This document shows, in pieces, positions 9,577 to 18,069 of a stretch of 64,000 nucleotides of DNA. The notes beneath the pieces were generated by a model. The model did not search any database. It worked only from the letters and a program-made list of their open reading frames with translations, and was not told the origin of the DNA. Numbering within the stretch: position 1 is the stretch's first letter; every line of letters starts with the position of its first letter. A program made the translations under genes and the position numbers. The stretch lies in assembly GCA_965222225.1 (NCBI GenBank), contig CBDCTK010000002.1:4896001-4960000 (forward strand), given 5' to 3'. This DNA is from Candidatus Poribacteria bacterium. Its GTDB lineage: Bacteria > Poribacteria > WGA-4E > JAJDTR01.

Positions 9577-10419
9577 CTATATGAGTTTGTTTAGATCAAT
9601 CGGCAATTCTGCCTGCTTCATTTCTTTAGCCAACCTCAATTGCCATCCATCGGGACTATCCATGGACACATAGAGTATTCCGTAGATATCTGAAGGTAGT
9701 TCAACCTCCTCTTTATGAAGGACACAAATGCGCTCCCGACCTAGTTTTCCCATGAAATAGCCGAGTTCCAAGATAACATTTTGGCGTGCCCTGGGTTTGG
9801 TTTGCTCTTTGTCATCTTTTCGCGCGCCAACATCGTCGGGCGTCAGCAAGATTATTGCATATCCTGCCTCTCTAGCATGCGCTTCAAACTTCTCAATGAT
9901 TGTATGGCCTTCATTTGCCTTTTCATCAAGTATGATTGGATTTAAGTCAAACGTCTTAACGAAATTCACCATGGCGAGTCTAGCCACTTCGTCATGTCCA
10001 TGGACGATAAAAACATCGTCTCCAAGGTTGCACACCGGATTGTCTGAAACCTTGTTGTTGCGGGTGCGCCGGGAAATATCTGAATGTGCGTCAAATAGTT
10101 CGAGTCGGTCTCGAATTCCTTCCAGGCTACTTATACTTTCTCCCATATCTGATTGATACGCCGCGTAATATGGTTCTGTACAGAATTGGTGATAAAAATT
10201 AATGTACCCTACGATGTCCGGATTATCGAATAGCCGTGCCAATAAATCTAGGTTGTATCTCGACCAATTGTTAGCTTCTAGACGCAATTTGTCCAATTCC
10301 TCGTCTGAATCAATTGTCCGATCAGTACGGAGCCATCGTCCTTTCTCGAGTTGTCTCTCAATCTTCGTTTCGGCGTATTCCTTACTCATAATTAACCTTG
10401 GCAGGTTTTGTTCTCCCAT
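9577..10419 (-). CDS. CAP12/Pycsar-type TIR-domain (predicted nucleotide-binding) protein with an uncharacterised N-terminal domain
   Basis: VFIVHGHDE, TIIEKFE, AIILLTPDD and RARQNVILELGYFMGKLGRER. Confidence 0.9.
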   Translation of the reverse strand: MGEQNLPRLIMSKEYAETKIERQLEKGRWLRTDRTIDSDEELDKLRLEANNWSRYNLDLLARLFDNPDIVGYINFYHQFCTEPYYAAYQSDMGESISSLEGIRDRLELFDAHSDISRRTRNNKVSDNPVCNLGDDVFIVHGHDEVARLAMVNFVKTFDLNPIILDEKANEGHTIIEKFEAHAREAGYAIILLTPDDVGARKDDKEQTKPRARQNVILELGYFMGKLGRERICVLHKEEVELPSDIYGILYVSMDSPDGWQLRLAKEMKQAELPIDLNKLI

Positions 10420-10483
10420 AATTTTTCCTCCATTCTTGCACTAGCCCGACGCGGGGCATTAACGAGTAGTCTTAATTCTGTGT

Positions 10484-11632
10484 TTAAGGTCTCGAACGTG
10501 GCATCAGCTCATAAACCACAATATGCTCCCATTTACGTTTGGATCGATGAGTTGCGACACGTTTGGTTTGCCGGCTTTCCACGCCAAATCCAGCGTTGTT
10601 GATGATATTCTCCAGATTTTGGATGGCTTTGGGACCAGAGGCGTCCGCATATCCAAGGAGTATCCGTCCATCCGGCTTTAGATGTTGAGGAACCTCGTCG
10701 AAGAACCTGCGTAAAATACGCTGGTCTTCGTCGTGAATGGCGAATTCCGCGCGATTACGCGCCCGCGAAACCACCCACGGGGCATTAAAAATAAGGAGAT
10801 CGAAACAATGTTCTGACGGAACCGCCTCAAAAAGATCGCCAGACGGCAATAGCTGAATTAATCCCGCATGATTTTGGCAACGACTCATGTTGACTCGGGT
10901 CGTCGCAACCGCTTCGGGCAAGAGATCCGACGCGTGAATCTTTACCTCCAAATCTGCCAACTCCTGCGCTGCCAATAGCGTCAAGCATCCACTCCCACAT
11001 CCTATCTCTAATACTTCCGCACATTGTGGGAGATGCATCTTGATTGCCTGAAGTCCATCTTGAAAACAGGCGATTGTCTCCTGTGAACGCGGCGGGAGTA
11101 CGTTCTCGAACGCGGCTAACGAGGTGCCGAGGGCGGGAATGGGGTATTCTTGACAAAGCGCCGTCTTGAGTTTCTGAATTATTGCAATCGGCAGTAGAAA
11201 TGGACGCTGGTTGTTCGCGCCCGGATTTTCCCCGACTAACTCAAGCAAATACGGGAGATTCGGAGGTGGATCGATTTGCAGATTGCCCGCCTCATCCGCA
11301 TAACACATCAGGCGTGACATCGCAGAGACGCTTTCGCTGGGGTTCGGGCGTTTATCGCGCGGGTTGAAATCTCGTCGGCGTTTCGGCTTCACTATTCTTG
11401 GTGCGAGTTCTTTCTTCTTGCGATCGGCATAATCCAAAACCTCCACAATCCGATCCCACTTGCCGGAGAGCACCGCCACACCACCACGCCGAAGGTGGGT
11501 GAAGATGCGATCGAGTTGCCCAAGATTGCTGTCTGAAAAATGTCTAAGGGAGGTATCGTCCGAGGCGAGTTCTCTGAATTGCGCTGGGATAAAGACCTCG
11601 CCTAGGTCGCTGACTACATGAAAGGCGTGCAT
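10484..11632 (-). CDS. Class I SAM-dependent methyltransferase (HemK/MTS-like)
   Basis: LEIGCGSG motif I, GDLFEAV and FDLLIFNAPW motif IV-like. Confidence 0.85.
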   Translation of the reverse strand: MHAFHVVSDLGEVFIPAQFRELASDDTSLRHFSDSNLGQLDRIFTHLRRGGVAVLSGKWDRIVEVLDYADRKKKELAPRIVKPKRRRDFNPRDKRPNPSESVSAMSRLMCYADEAGNLQIDPPPNLPYLLELVGENPGANNQRPFLLPIAIIQKLKTALCQEYPIPALGTSLAAFENVLPPRSQETIACFQDGLQAIKMHLPQCAEVLEIGCGSGCLTLLAAQELADLEVKIHASDLLPEAVATTRVNMSRCQNHAGLIQLLPSGDLFEAVPSEHCFDLLIFNAPWVVSRARNRAEFAIHDEDQRILRRFFDEVPQHLKPDGRILLGYADASGPKAIQNLENIINNAGFGVESRQTKRVATHRSKRKWEHIVVYELMPRSRP

Positions 11633-11730
11633 CGGGATGGGGTGATGCTGAATTGGTTCGAAATCAAACGATTTGACTTGTCAGAGAAACCGGGTTTTCC
11701 TACAACCCTAATTTTCTTCTCACGTTACTC

Positions 11731-12780
11731 TCACGAGACTGAAACAATCTGTCCTGTTTTAACCGATTCGGCTTCTTTGTGACAGAGTGCTAGTGCGTCT
11801 CTTGCACCGACCCCTGATAGCGCTGTGGGTTCGTAACCGCCATTGATTGAATCAACCGCGTACTGAATTTCATCGGTGAAGGCGTCTATGGGGCCCGCTG
11901 CACCGAGATCGACCTGCTTAACCTCTCCCGCCTCTGTGAGCAGCGTCAGTGGTATCGAAGTCGCAGGCTGACCGCCGAGCGTGGCAAACTCATAAAGCAA
12001 GGTGGCTTTCTCAAGGTAAATCTCAAAACCGTGCGAAAATGCCCGTCCGCTTTGGGACATCCCTCCCGATGAGCAGCTAATTGAGAGGTCTCTGTCGTTA
12101 TAGATGTATTGCGTCGTCAGAGACGCGGCAAAATTGCCGGTTGCCAGCACCCCTTGGGAGAATACGGCGTTGGGCATCCCGCAAAGGAGCTGGATGAAGT
12201 GTGTATCATGTATATGTAGGTCGATCCCCGGTCCGCCGCTTCTCTCCAATTCTTCCGAATCGTATGTTTTCTTCGACTTGGAGGTGACTCGTTTGAAATG
12301 CGCACCGAGTAATTGTCCGTAACCGCCGCTCTCGACAGCGTTTTTTGCATAAGCGAACTCTGCGAAGAAAGGAAGTACATGTGCGACCATGAAGTGCCGC
12401 CCACTCGCTATTCCAACCTCGACCATCTCGGTGGCATCGTCGAGCCGAATCGAAATCGGTTTCTCAACGAGCACATGTTTTCCAGCTTCAAGCGCCGCGA
12501 TACTAACTGCTTTGTGCAATTGTACTGGCAGACAGATATCTACCAAGTCAACATCCGGATCGGCTAGGAAATCTTCAATTCGATTGTATCTCCGAAGATG
12601 AGAGAGATTCTCAATACCGCCGCGCGGACCGAAATTTCCTTGAATGGATGTCCAATCGCCATCAAGTTTTTTCGGGTCGCGAGTGCAGATCGCGACGACC
12701 TCGGCACCCGAAACCTTCCTGATGCCATAGTAATGAATCATCCCCATGAATCCGATGCCGACAATTCCGATTCGTACCAA
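11731..12780 (-). CDS. Gfo/Idh/MocA family oxidoreductase
   Basis: GIVGIGFMG, HVLVEKP and DLHIHD; TTG start at 12780 with an AGGAGG RBS. Confidence 0.92.
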   Translation of the reverse strand: MVRIGIVGIGFMGMIHYYGIRKVSGAEVVAICTRDPKKLDGDWTSIQGNFGPRGGIENLSHLRRYNRIEDFLADPDVDLVDICLPVQLHKAVSIAALEAGKHVLVEKPISIRLDDATEMVEVGIASGRHFMVAHVLPFFAEFAYAKNAVESGGYGQLLGAHFKRVTSKSKKTYDSEELERSGGPGIDLHIHDTHFIQLLCGMPNAVFSQGVLATGNFAASLTTQYIYNDRDLSISCSSGGMSQSGRAFSHGFEIYLEKATLLYEFATLGGQPATSIPLTLLTEAGEVKQVDLGAAGPIDAFTDEIQYAVDSINGGYEPTALSGVGARDALALCHKEAESVKTGQIVSVS

Positions 12781-12788
12781 TTTTCCTC

Positions 12789-13625
12789 CTAAGAACTCTC
12801 CGCCGACGCCAACACTTGGTGGACCATTTCCTCCCATCGACCTTCAAATTTTTCGCCAAATTCGGCTTCGCCTCCCGTCGCGCGGGGACCTCGCAGCATT
12901 GGCCGAGTCATTTTCTCCTTCTCCCAAATCTCCAAACCGCCGTAATTGTTGTGAAGAAAATGAAGGGCAACGCCTGCCCGATCCTTATCGGAGAGATTGG
13001 TTTTCGTGCAATGCGCCACGCCGTAACAAAAAAACACAACTCCGCCTGCTTTCAATTCGACGGGGACAGCACGGTGTTCCGGTGGATCGCATCGGATGTG
13101 ATGGTCGCTGAACGGGTCTCGGTAGTGATGGTAGGATTCCCGGTGGCTGCCGGGGATTACGTGAAGACATCCGTTTTCAACGTTCGCGTCATGAATTGCA
13201 ATCCACATCGCGGTGCCGCGCAGCGGGTCGGCAATCTTGAAGTAGGCGTTGTCCTGATGCCAGTTTGTACCGATTCCCACCTTGGGCGGTTTCCAAAAGG
13301 CTTGATCCAGTTCCAACATGAAATCGTCCCCGATGAGTTGCTCCACGACGGATAGCACTTTCGCGTTGAATACGAGCGCCTTGTGGAGATCGCTTCGATT
13401 GTTCAACGGAATTACTTGGAGGTTCTGCCGTTCGCCATAATTGTCACGTTTTGTTCCATTCTCTTGAACAGCGCAGTTGATTCCTGTCCCGTGTTTCAAT
13501 TCGACATCGTAGATTCGCTCTAGTTCAAACCGAAGCGCCCGTGCCTCTCGCGGCGTAAAGAATCCCTCGAAGCAGATACAGCCGTCATTTCGGAACCGAA
13601 GAAGTTGTGCTTTGGATAATTGCAT
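12789..13625 (-). CDS. Phytanoyl-CoA dioxygenase (PhyH) family Fe(II)/2OG oxygenase
   Basis: WHQD, NGCLHVIPGSH, distal H (VAHCT) and R (DRAG). Confidence 0.92.
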   Translation of the reverse strand: MQLSKAQLLRFRNDGCICFEGFFTPREARALRFELERIYDVELKHGTGINCAVQENGTKRDNYGERQNLQVIPLNNRSDLHKALVFNAKVLSVVEQLIGDDFMLELDQAFWKPPKVGIGTNWHQDNAYFKIADPLRGTAMWIAIHDANVENGCLHVIPGSHRESYHHYRDPFSDHHIRCDPPEHRAVPVELKAGGVVFFCYGVAHCTKTNLSDKDRAGVALHFLHNNYGGLEIWEKEKMTRPMLRGPRATGGEAEFGEKFEGRWEEMVHQVLASAESS

Positions 13626-13653
13626 TTATCGAAGAAATTGCTTCCTCACTTTG

Positions 13654-13816
13654 GTAGGGTGGGATCAAACGAGTGAATAACGAGTGCGATAGAAATCCCC
13701 TCAAATGAGTGAATAGCGATCAACTGAGTGGTTAACGAGGGATCAAGCGAATGGATAATGAGTGCGATAGTGAATCCCCATAGAAGATCCCGTGCGAAAG
13801 AGGTCCCCTGCCAACC
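13654..13816 (+). repeat. GTAG-REP containing an array of GA-hairpin mini-repeats
   Basis: GTAGGGTGGG...CTGCCAACC encloses full units at 13664-13697 and 13742-13776 plus partial units. Confidence 0.75.
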
Positions 13817-13918
13817 ATCCGACGCTATTGGTATCCAATACGCACCTTCAATATCCTCCTGAGAAACCGATGGATGCTGCCGAGATTTCTCCACAAAACT
13901 CGGTTTCTTCAGATTTTC

Positions 13919-15331
13919 CTACGCATCGGGTCTAAGTGCTCCCGGCACAATGATAGAATCAACCATGCCGTGCAAAATCTTTTTGTCCGCGGGACACACC
14001 ACCGCTTGAATTCCGCCAAGCCGAACCTTATCTCCTGTCACGAAATAGTAGGGACGCAGGAGAGGTCTTCCAACTATCTCCCGCACTTCGCTTCGAGCAA
14101 AATCGTAGTAATTCATCCGGACGCGCTTGGCTTTGTGAAATTTTTGCAAAACATAGGGTGTTTGCTCAAAGCTAACCAAGGCGTTTTCCACGGCGGTTGT
14201 CCAATCCTCGATAGAGAGGTCGTGTCCAATCGCCACACCTCGGCTTCCCCACGCCAGTTCCGAAAACCCCGATGGCTTAAGAACCAGTTCACGTTCGCGT
14301 TGGGTACCGGAGATAATCTGACGCCAATCCGTAACGGGCAGATTACCAATCTCAAGTCCCGGTATTACGGCATGCGGTGGGAGTGACCGAGGATCCAGCA
14401 ACCATGTCTGGGGAATAACCTCTCGCAAGAAGGGGTAGATCTTTTTGCCAAGTTCTCTGCGCCAGAAGGGTTCAAGCATGGGGTGGCAGAACAGAGCAAA
14501 TAGTGACTTTTCCTCCAGATAGGATTTCGGAGGAGGTGTCATCACAATCGTGCGCTTCTTTGCGGCGTATATCATTAGCTCAACCTTCGGTATATTCGGC
14601 AGATCAAACAACTCAAAGAAGCGATATAGAACGTCGATTTGAACGTTCCCATGTGCGGTTTCAAGATACAATCCCCGCTCTGTAAAAACTATTTCATGAG
14701 GTTTTACAGTGTGTGCGTTCAGACAATTCTCGCGCAGAATAGACGCAAACCATTCCATTTCGGACCGGTAATCTCCGGCTTCGTCCGAAACAACAATTGC
14801 CAAGGTTGGGCATTCCTGCTTTGCGGTAAAGCGAATCATATCCGCGAAGGCGAGTATTATTCCATTACTTCCACCTGTAACATTGTAGTCAAGCTGCCCG
14901 TAGTGAGTCGCCAGATTTGCCGTGAATCCAATCCCGCCCGGGACAGAATCCAACTCGGTGATGACCATTCCGTTGTTTGCAGGTATAATATCGGGACGAA
15001 TGACCTGTGGCAGTTGGCTCTTAAAGCGATTCATTCGCCCCTGTTGTACTACTGTTTCTGGCTTGCCCTGATCGAGGTAAGCTGCAATCCACGAAGGCTG
15101 AATGCCGCGTGCGCTCTGCGAATAAAGTAGATTGCATGCTTGATAAAATCGCAATAGATGTCCACCGAGTTCATCAAACCATTCCAGCTCGGTTTGAGAA
15201 ATCCAGAACGGCTCCGGGGAAATTCGCCAGGCGGTGTTGCTATCGGGATGGGTATTTCTTTGCTCGCCGGTGAACAGTCCTCCCTCTGGCATTTGGCTGT
15301 TAATAAACAGGCATTTTTCTTTACTATCCAA
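13919..15331 (-). CDS. Uncharacterised ATP-grasp-like ligase (glutathionylspermidine synthase / circularly permuted ATP-grasp-like)
   Basis: VIRPDII, ITELDSVPGGIG, LYRFFELFD, LKPSGFSELAWGSRGV and YVLQKF. Confidence 0.6.
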   Translation of the reverse strand: MDSKEKCLFINSQMPEGGLFTGEQRNTHPDSNTAWRISPEPFWISQTELEWFDELGGHLLRFYQACNLLYSQSARGIQPSWIAAYLDQGKPETVVQQGRMNRFKSQLPQVIRPDIIPANNGMVITELDSVPGGIGFTANLATHYGQLDYNVTGGSNGIILAFADMIRFTAKQECPTLAIVVSDEAGDYRSEMEWFASILRENCLNAHTVKPHEIVFTERGLYLETAHGNVQIDVLYRFFELFDLPNIPKVELMIYAAKKRTIVMTPPPKSYLEEKSLFALFCHPMLEPFWRRELGKKIYPFLREVIPQTWLLDPRSLPPHAVIPGLEIGNLPVTDWRQIISGTQRERELVLKPSGFSELAWGSRGVAIGHDLSIEDWTTAVENALVSFEQTPYVLQKFHKAKRVRMNYYDFARSEVREIVGRPLLRPYYFVTGDKVRLGGIQAVVCPADKKILHGMVDSIIVPGALRPDA

Positions 15332-15830
15332 ACTGAAACTCCTGTAGAATACCGATAGACGGGCTTAACTTAGAAAAGGGAATTATATGAGGACCGTATG
15401 ACTCGCCCGATTGTAGCGGAAAACAACCGTCGAGTCCCAAGAATCGCGATTTGATTTTACGGGCAGTGAATATATCACTATAACACCGAGCAAAAGTGGT
15501 GTCAACCCTATTTCCTCGCGGATCAGCGACGTGAACCATCATCGATTGTCAGATGGCAATAGATTACCCATGCGCAAAGCCGGCTTGGGATGATAAAATA
15601 GAGATTCAATGGTAAGTGATTTGCACGACTTGATTGACACGTCGACTCTTTGATAGCCAATATTGCATTTTGCTGTATGTTCAAAACATTTAGTCCGACT
15701 ACGCATTGACGGAAACACAATTCCCGGCGCCGGATGAATCGTGGTTGAATTGATGTGCGTTAGTCTTACTACTAGAGAGCCGGAATATTAGACCGCGATA
15801 GTCACCCGAGACAAAAGGAGGAAAAGACTG

Positions 15831-16019
15831 ATGGCACCCGGGCTTACTGAAATCTTAATTGTCCTATTGATTGTGGTTCTTCTCTTCGGAGCGAAGCGAA
15901 TCCCCGGACTTGCGCGCGGAATTGGAAAAAGCATAACATCGTTCAAAGCCGGAATGCGTGAGCAACCGGAAGATGAGAAAGTTGAGGAAGAATCGAAAGC
16001 CGAAAAGAAAACGTCATAA
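15831..16019 (+). CDS. tatA: Twin-arginine translocase TatA/TatE
   Basis: N-terminal TM helix, LLFGAKRIPGLARGIGKSITSFK; AGGAGG RBS. Confidence 0.95.
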   Translation: MAPGLTEILIVLLIVVLLFGAKRIPGLARGIGKSITSFKAGMREQPEDEKVEEESKAEKKTS

Positions 16020-16055
16020 TGACCAATTGCGTTGTCAAGCCACAGAGGGAAAAAC

Positions 16056-16373
16056 ATGAAGGAGAAACTACCCGATTTTCTTGAGGGAGTCATTAAGCAA
16101 TATCCGGAGGTATGGAAAGCATATCAGGATTTTGGTGAAGCGTGTAGCGACGCGGGACCACTGGACGAGAAGACAGTGCGGCTCGTTAAACTTGCGCTTG
16201 CCGTTGGCGCAAAGTCGGAGGGGGCAGTACACTCGCATACTCGTCGTGCCTTGAAACAGGGAATAAGCCCCGAGGAGTTGCGGCAAGTCGCGCTACTTGC
16301 GGTAACGTCCATCGGTTGGTCTCCAAGCATGGCGGCGCTCTCTTGGGTTCAGGATGTGGTTGACCAAAGTTGA
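16056..16373 (+). CDS. Carboxymuconolactone decarboxylase (AhpD-like) family protein
   Basis: GPLDEKTVRLVKLALAVG...HSHTRRALKQGISPEEL. Confidence 0.88.
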   Translation: MKEKLPDFLEGVIKQYPEVWKAYQDFGEACSDAGPLDEKTVRLVKLALAVGAKSEGAVHSHTRRALKQGISPEELRQVALLAVTSIGWSPSMAALSWVQDVVDQS

Positions 16374-16413
16374 GGGCAAAATGCGTTAATCATAGCGTCG
16401 TCGAGAGGGAATT

Positions 16414-17046
16414 GTGTCACGAAGGGGACTATTCATCACATTCGAAGGTGTGGAGGGGGCGGGAAAATCAACACAAATCCGGCGACTAGCCGCGAGCCTA
16501 GAAAAAGAAGAGGTTTCGGTGTTGGTTACGCGCGAGCCCGGCGGGACCCCGATTTCGGAACGCATTCGTGAGGTATTGTTAGAGCGTGAGCATCACAAGA
16601 TGGTAAGTACCACCGAGCTGCTGTTGTACGCGGCCGCACGATCGCAACATGTTGCGCAATGCATCGCTCCCGCCCTCGCGGAGGGACAGATTGTAATCTC
16701 GGATCGATTTGGGGATGCAATGGTTGCTTACCAAGGGCATGGACGCGGACTGGACCTTGAACTCATTCATCACCTAAATCGTGTTGCAACAGACGGATTA
16801 GTGCCGGATTTGACGATTGTTTTAGATGTACCGGTTAAGGTCGGTAGGGAGCGAACGCGTCGCAGGCGGCGTGCGTTGGATCGCTTGGAGTTGGAGGATT
16901 TTGAGTTTCATCAACGTGTTCGGGAAGGCTACCTTACCATTGCTAAAGAGGAACCGCACCGTGTCAGAGTGATACACTCCGAGCAAAATTTTAAACTAGT
17001 GCGTGACGAAATTCGAGAGCTCGTAACCCGACGCATCACGAGTTAA
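16414..17046 (+). CDS. tmk: Thymidylate kinase
   Basis: FITFEGVEGAGKST, TREPGGT, SDRF and AYQG. Confidence 0.97.
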   Translation: MSRRGLFITFEGVEGAGKSTQIRRLAASLEKEEVSVLVTREPGGTPISERIREVLLEREHHKMVSTTELLLYAAARSQHVAQCIAPALAEGQIVISDRFGDAMVAYQGHGRGLDLELIHHLNRVATDGLVPDLTIVLDVPVKVGRERTRRRRRALDRLELEDFEFHQRVREGYLTIAKEEPHRVRVIHSEQNFKLVRDEIRELVTRRITS

Positions 17047-17070
17047 AACTTTCCAACCTTGTATAAACCT

Positions 17071-18045
17071 ATGGAACAGCCAATCGTTGGCCACGAACAG
17101 ATAATCACTCAACTTCACCATGCATTCCGATCGAACCGAATTGCTGGGGCATACCTGTTCGTCGGTCCCGCTGGCGTGGGCAAAGAAACGGTTGCGATTC
17201 ATTTCGCAAAATCTATCAATTGTCTCGAATTCGGTGAAAGTGCATGCGGAGACTGCATTTCCTGCCGAAAGACCGATGTCGGAAATCACCCCGACACACA
17301 AATCGTTAGCCCATCGGGAGCCTGGATAAGAATTGATCAGGTTCGCGAACTGCAAAAACGCATTGTCTACCGTCCGCTTGAGGGCGCACGCAAGATTGTT
17401 ATTCTGAGAGAAGCGGAACGCATGAATCTGGAAGCCGCGAATTGCCTTCTCAAAACGCTTGAAGAGCCACCTGCCGAATCGGTGTTGATACTGCTGACCG
17501 CTAATCTTGACGCACTGCTCCCGACAATCCGCTCGCGATGCCAGATTATCAAGTTTAATCCGCTGCCACCCAATGAATTGGCAGTTTATTTGAATGAGCG
17601 GTTTCATCTTGGAGAGCGTGAAGCGTTGTCCGTTGCCACACTTGCCGGTGGCGCAGTTGGCAAGGCTTTGACTCATCTTGAATCCCGCGATGGGGAAGAA
17701 TCCGAGACCGATCAACCTGTGGATGAAGAGATTCCTGAAATCCTTACTTCGACGGATAAGCTTGCCGTTTTTCGGATCGCTGAACATTATAGTGGTAATC
17801 CCGATCGATTGGACACCCTAGTCGAATGGTATCGAGATCTATTGCTTTTGCATCAAAATGCGCCTGCCGATCTGCTAACGCACATTTACCATGTGGATGC
17901 GCTCAAACAGCTTGTTCCCCGCTATTCGCGATACCATCTTCGGTCGGCAATCAAGACTATTTTCGAGACAAAAAATGCACTCAGCCGCAACATCAATGCG
18001 ACGCTGGCATTAGAGGTAATGACCCTGAAGCTGATGAGCGATTGA
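17071..18045 (+). CDS. holB: DNA polymerase III subunit delta'
   Basis: Zn-finger ACGDCISC, HPD, AANCLLKTLEEPP and TIRSRC; follows tmk. Confidence 0.95.
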   Translation: MEQPIVGHEQIITQLHHAFRSNRIAGAYLFVGPAGVGKETVAIHFAKSINCLEFGESACGDCISCRKTDVGNHPDTQIVSPSGAWIRIDQVRELQKRIVYRPLEGARKIVILREAERMNLEAANCLLKTLEEPPAESVLILLTANLDALLPTIRSRCQIIKFNPLPPNELAVYLNERFHLGEREALSVATLAGGAVGKALTHLESRDGEESETDQPVDEEIPEILTSTDKLAVFRIAEHYSGNPDRLDTLVEWYRDLLLLHQNAPADLLTHIYHVDALKQLVPRYSRYHLRSAIKTIFETKNALSRNINATLALEVMTLKLMSD

Positions 18046-18069
18046 ACTTAAGGAGAAGAACGCAAAACC

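Noticed and set aside
13654-13816. CRISPR array (also considered for 28451-28605)
   Set aside because: No constant repeat alternating with unique equal-length spacers; units are nested or truncated, and no cas genes are present.
13646-13894. 82-aa ORF with repeated IALIIHS motifs
   Set aside because: It is the antisense translation of the mini-repeat array.
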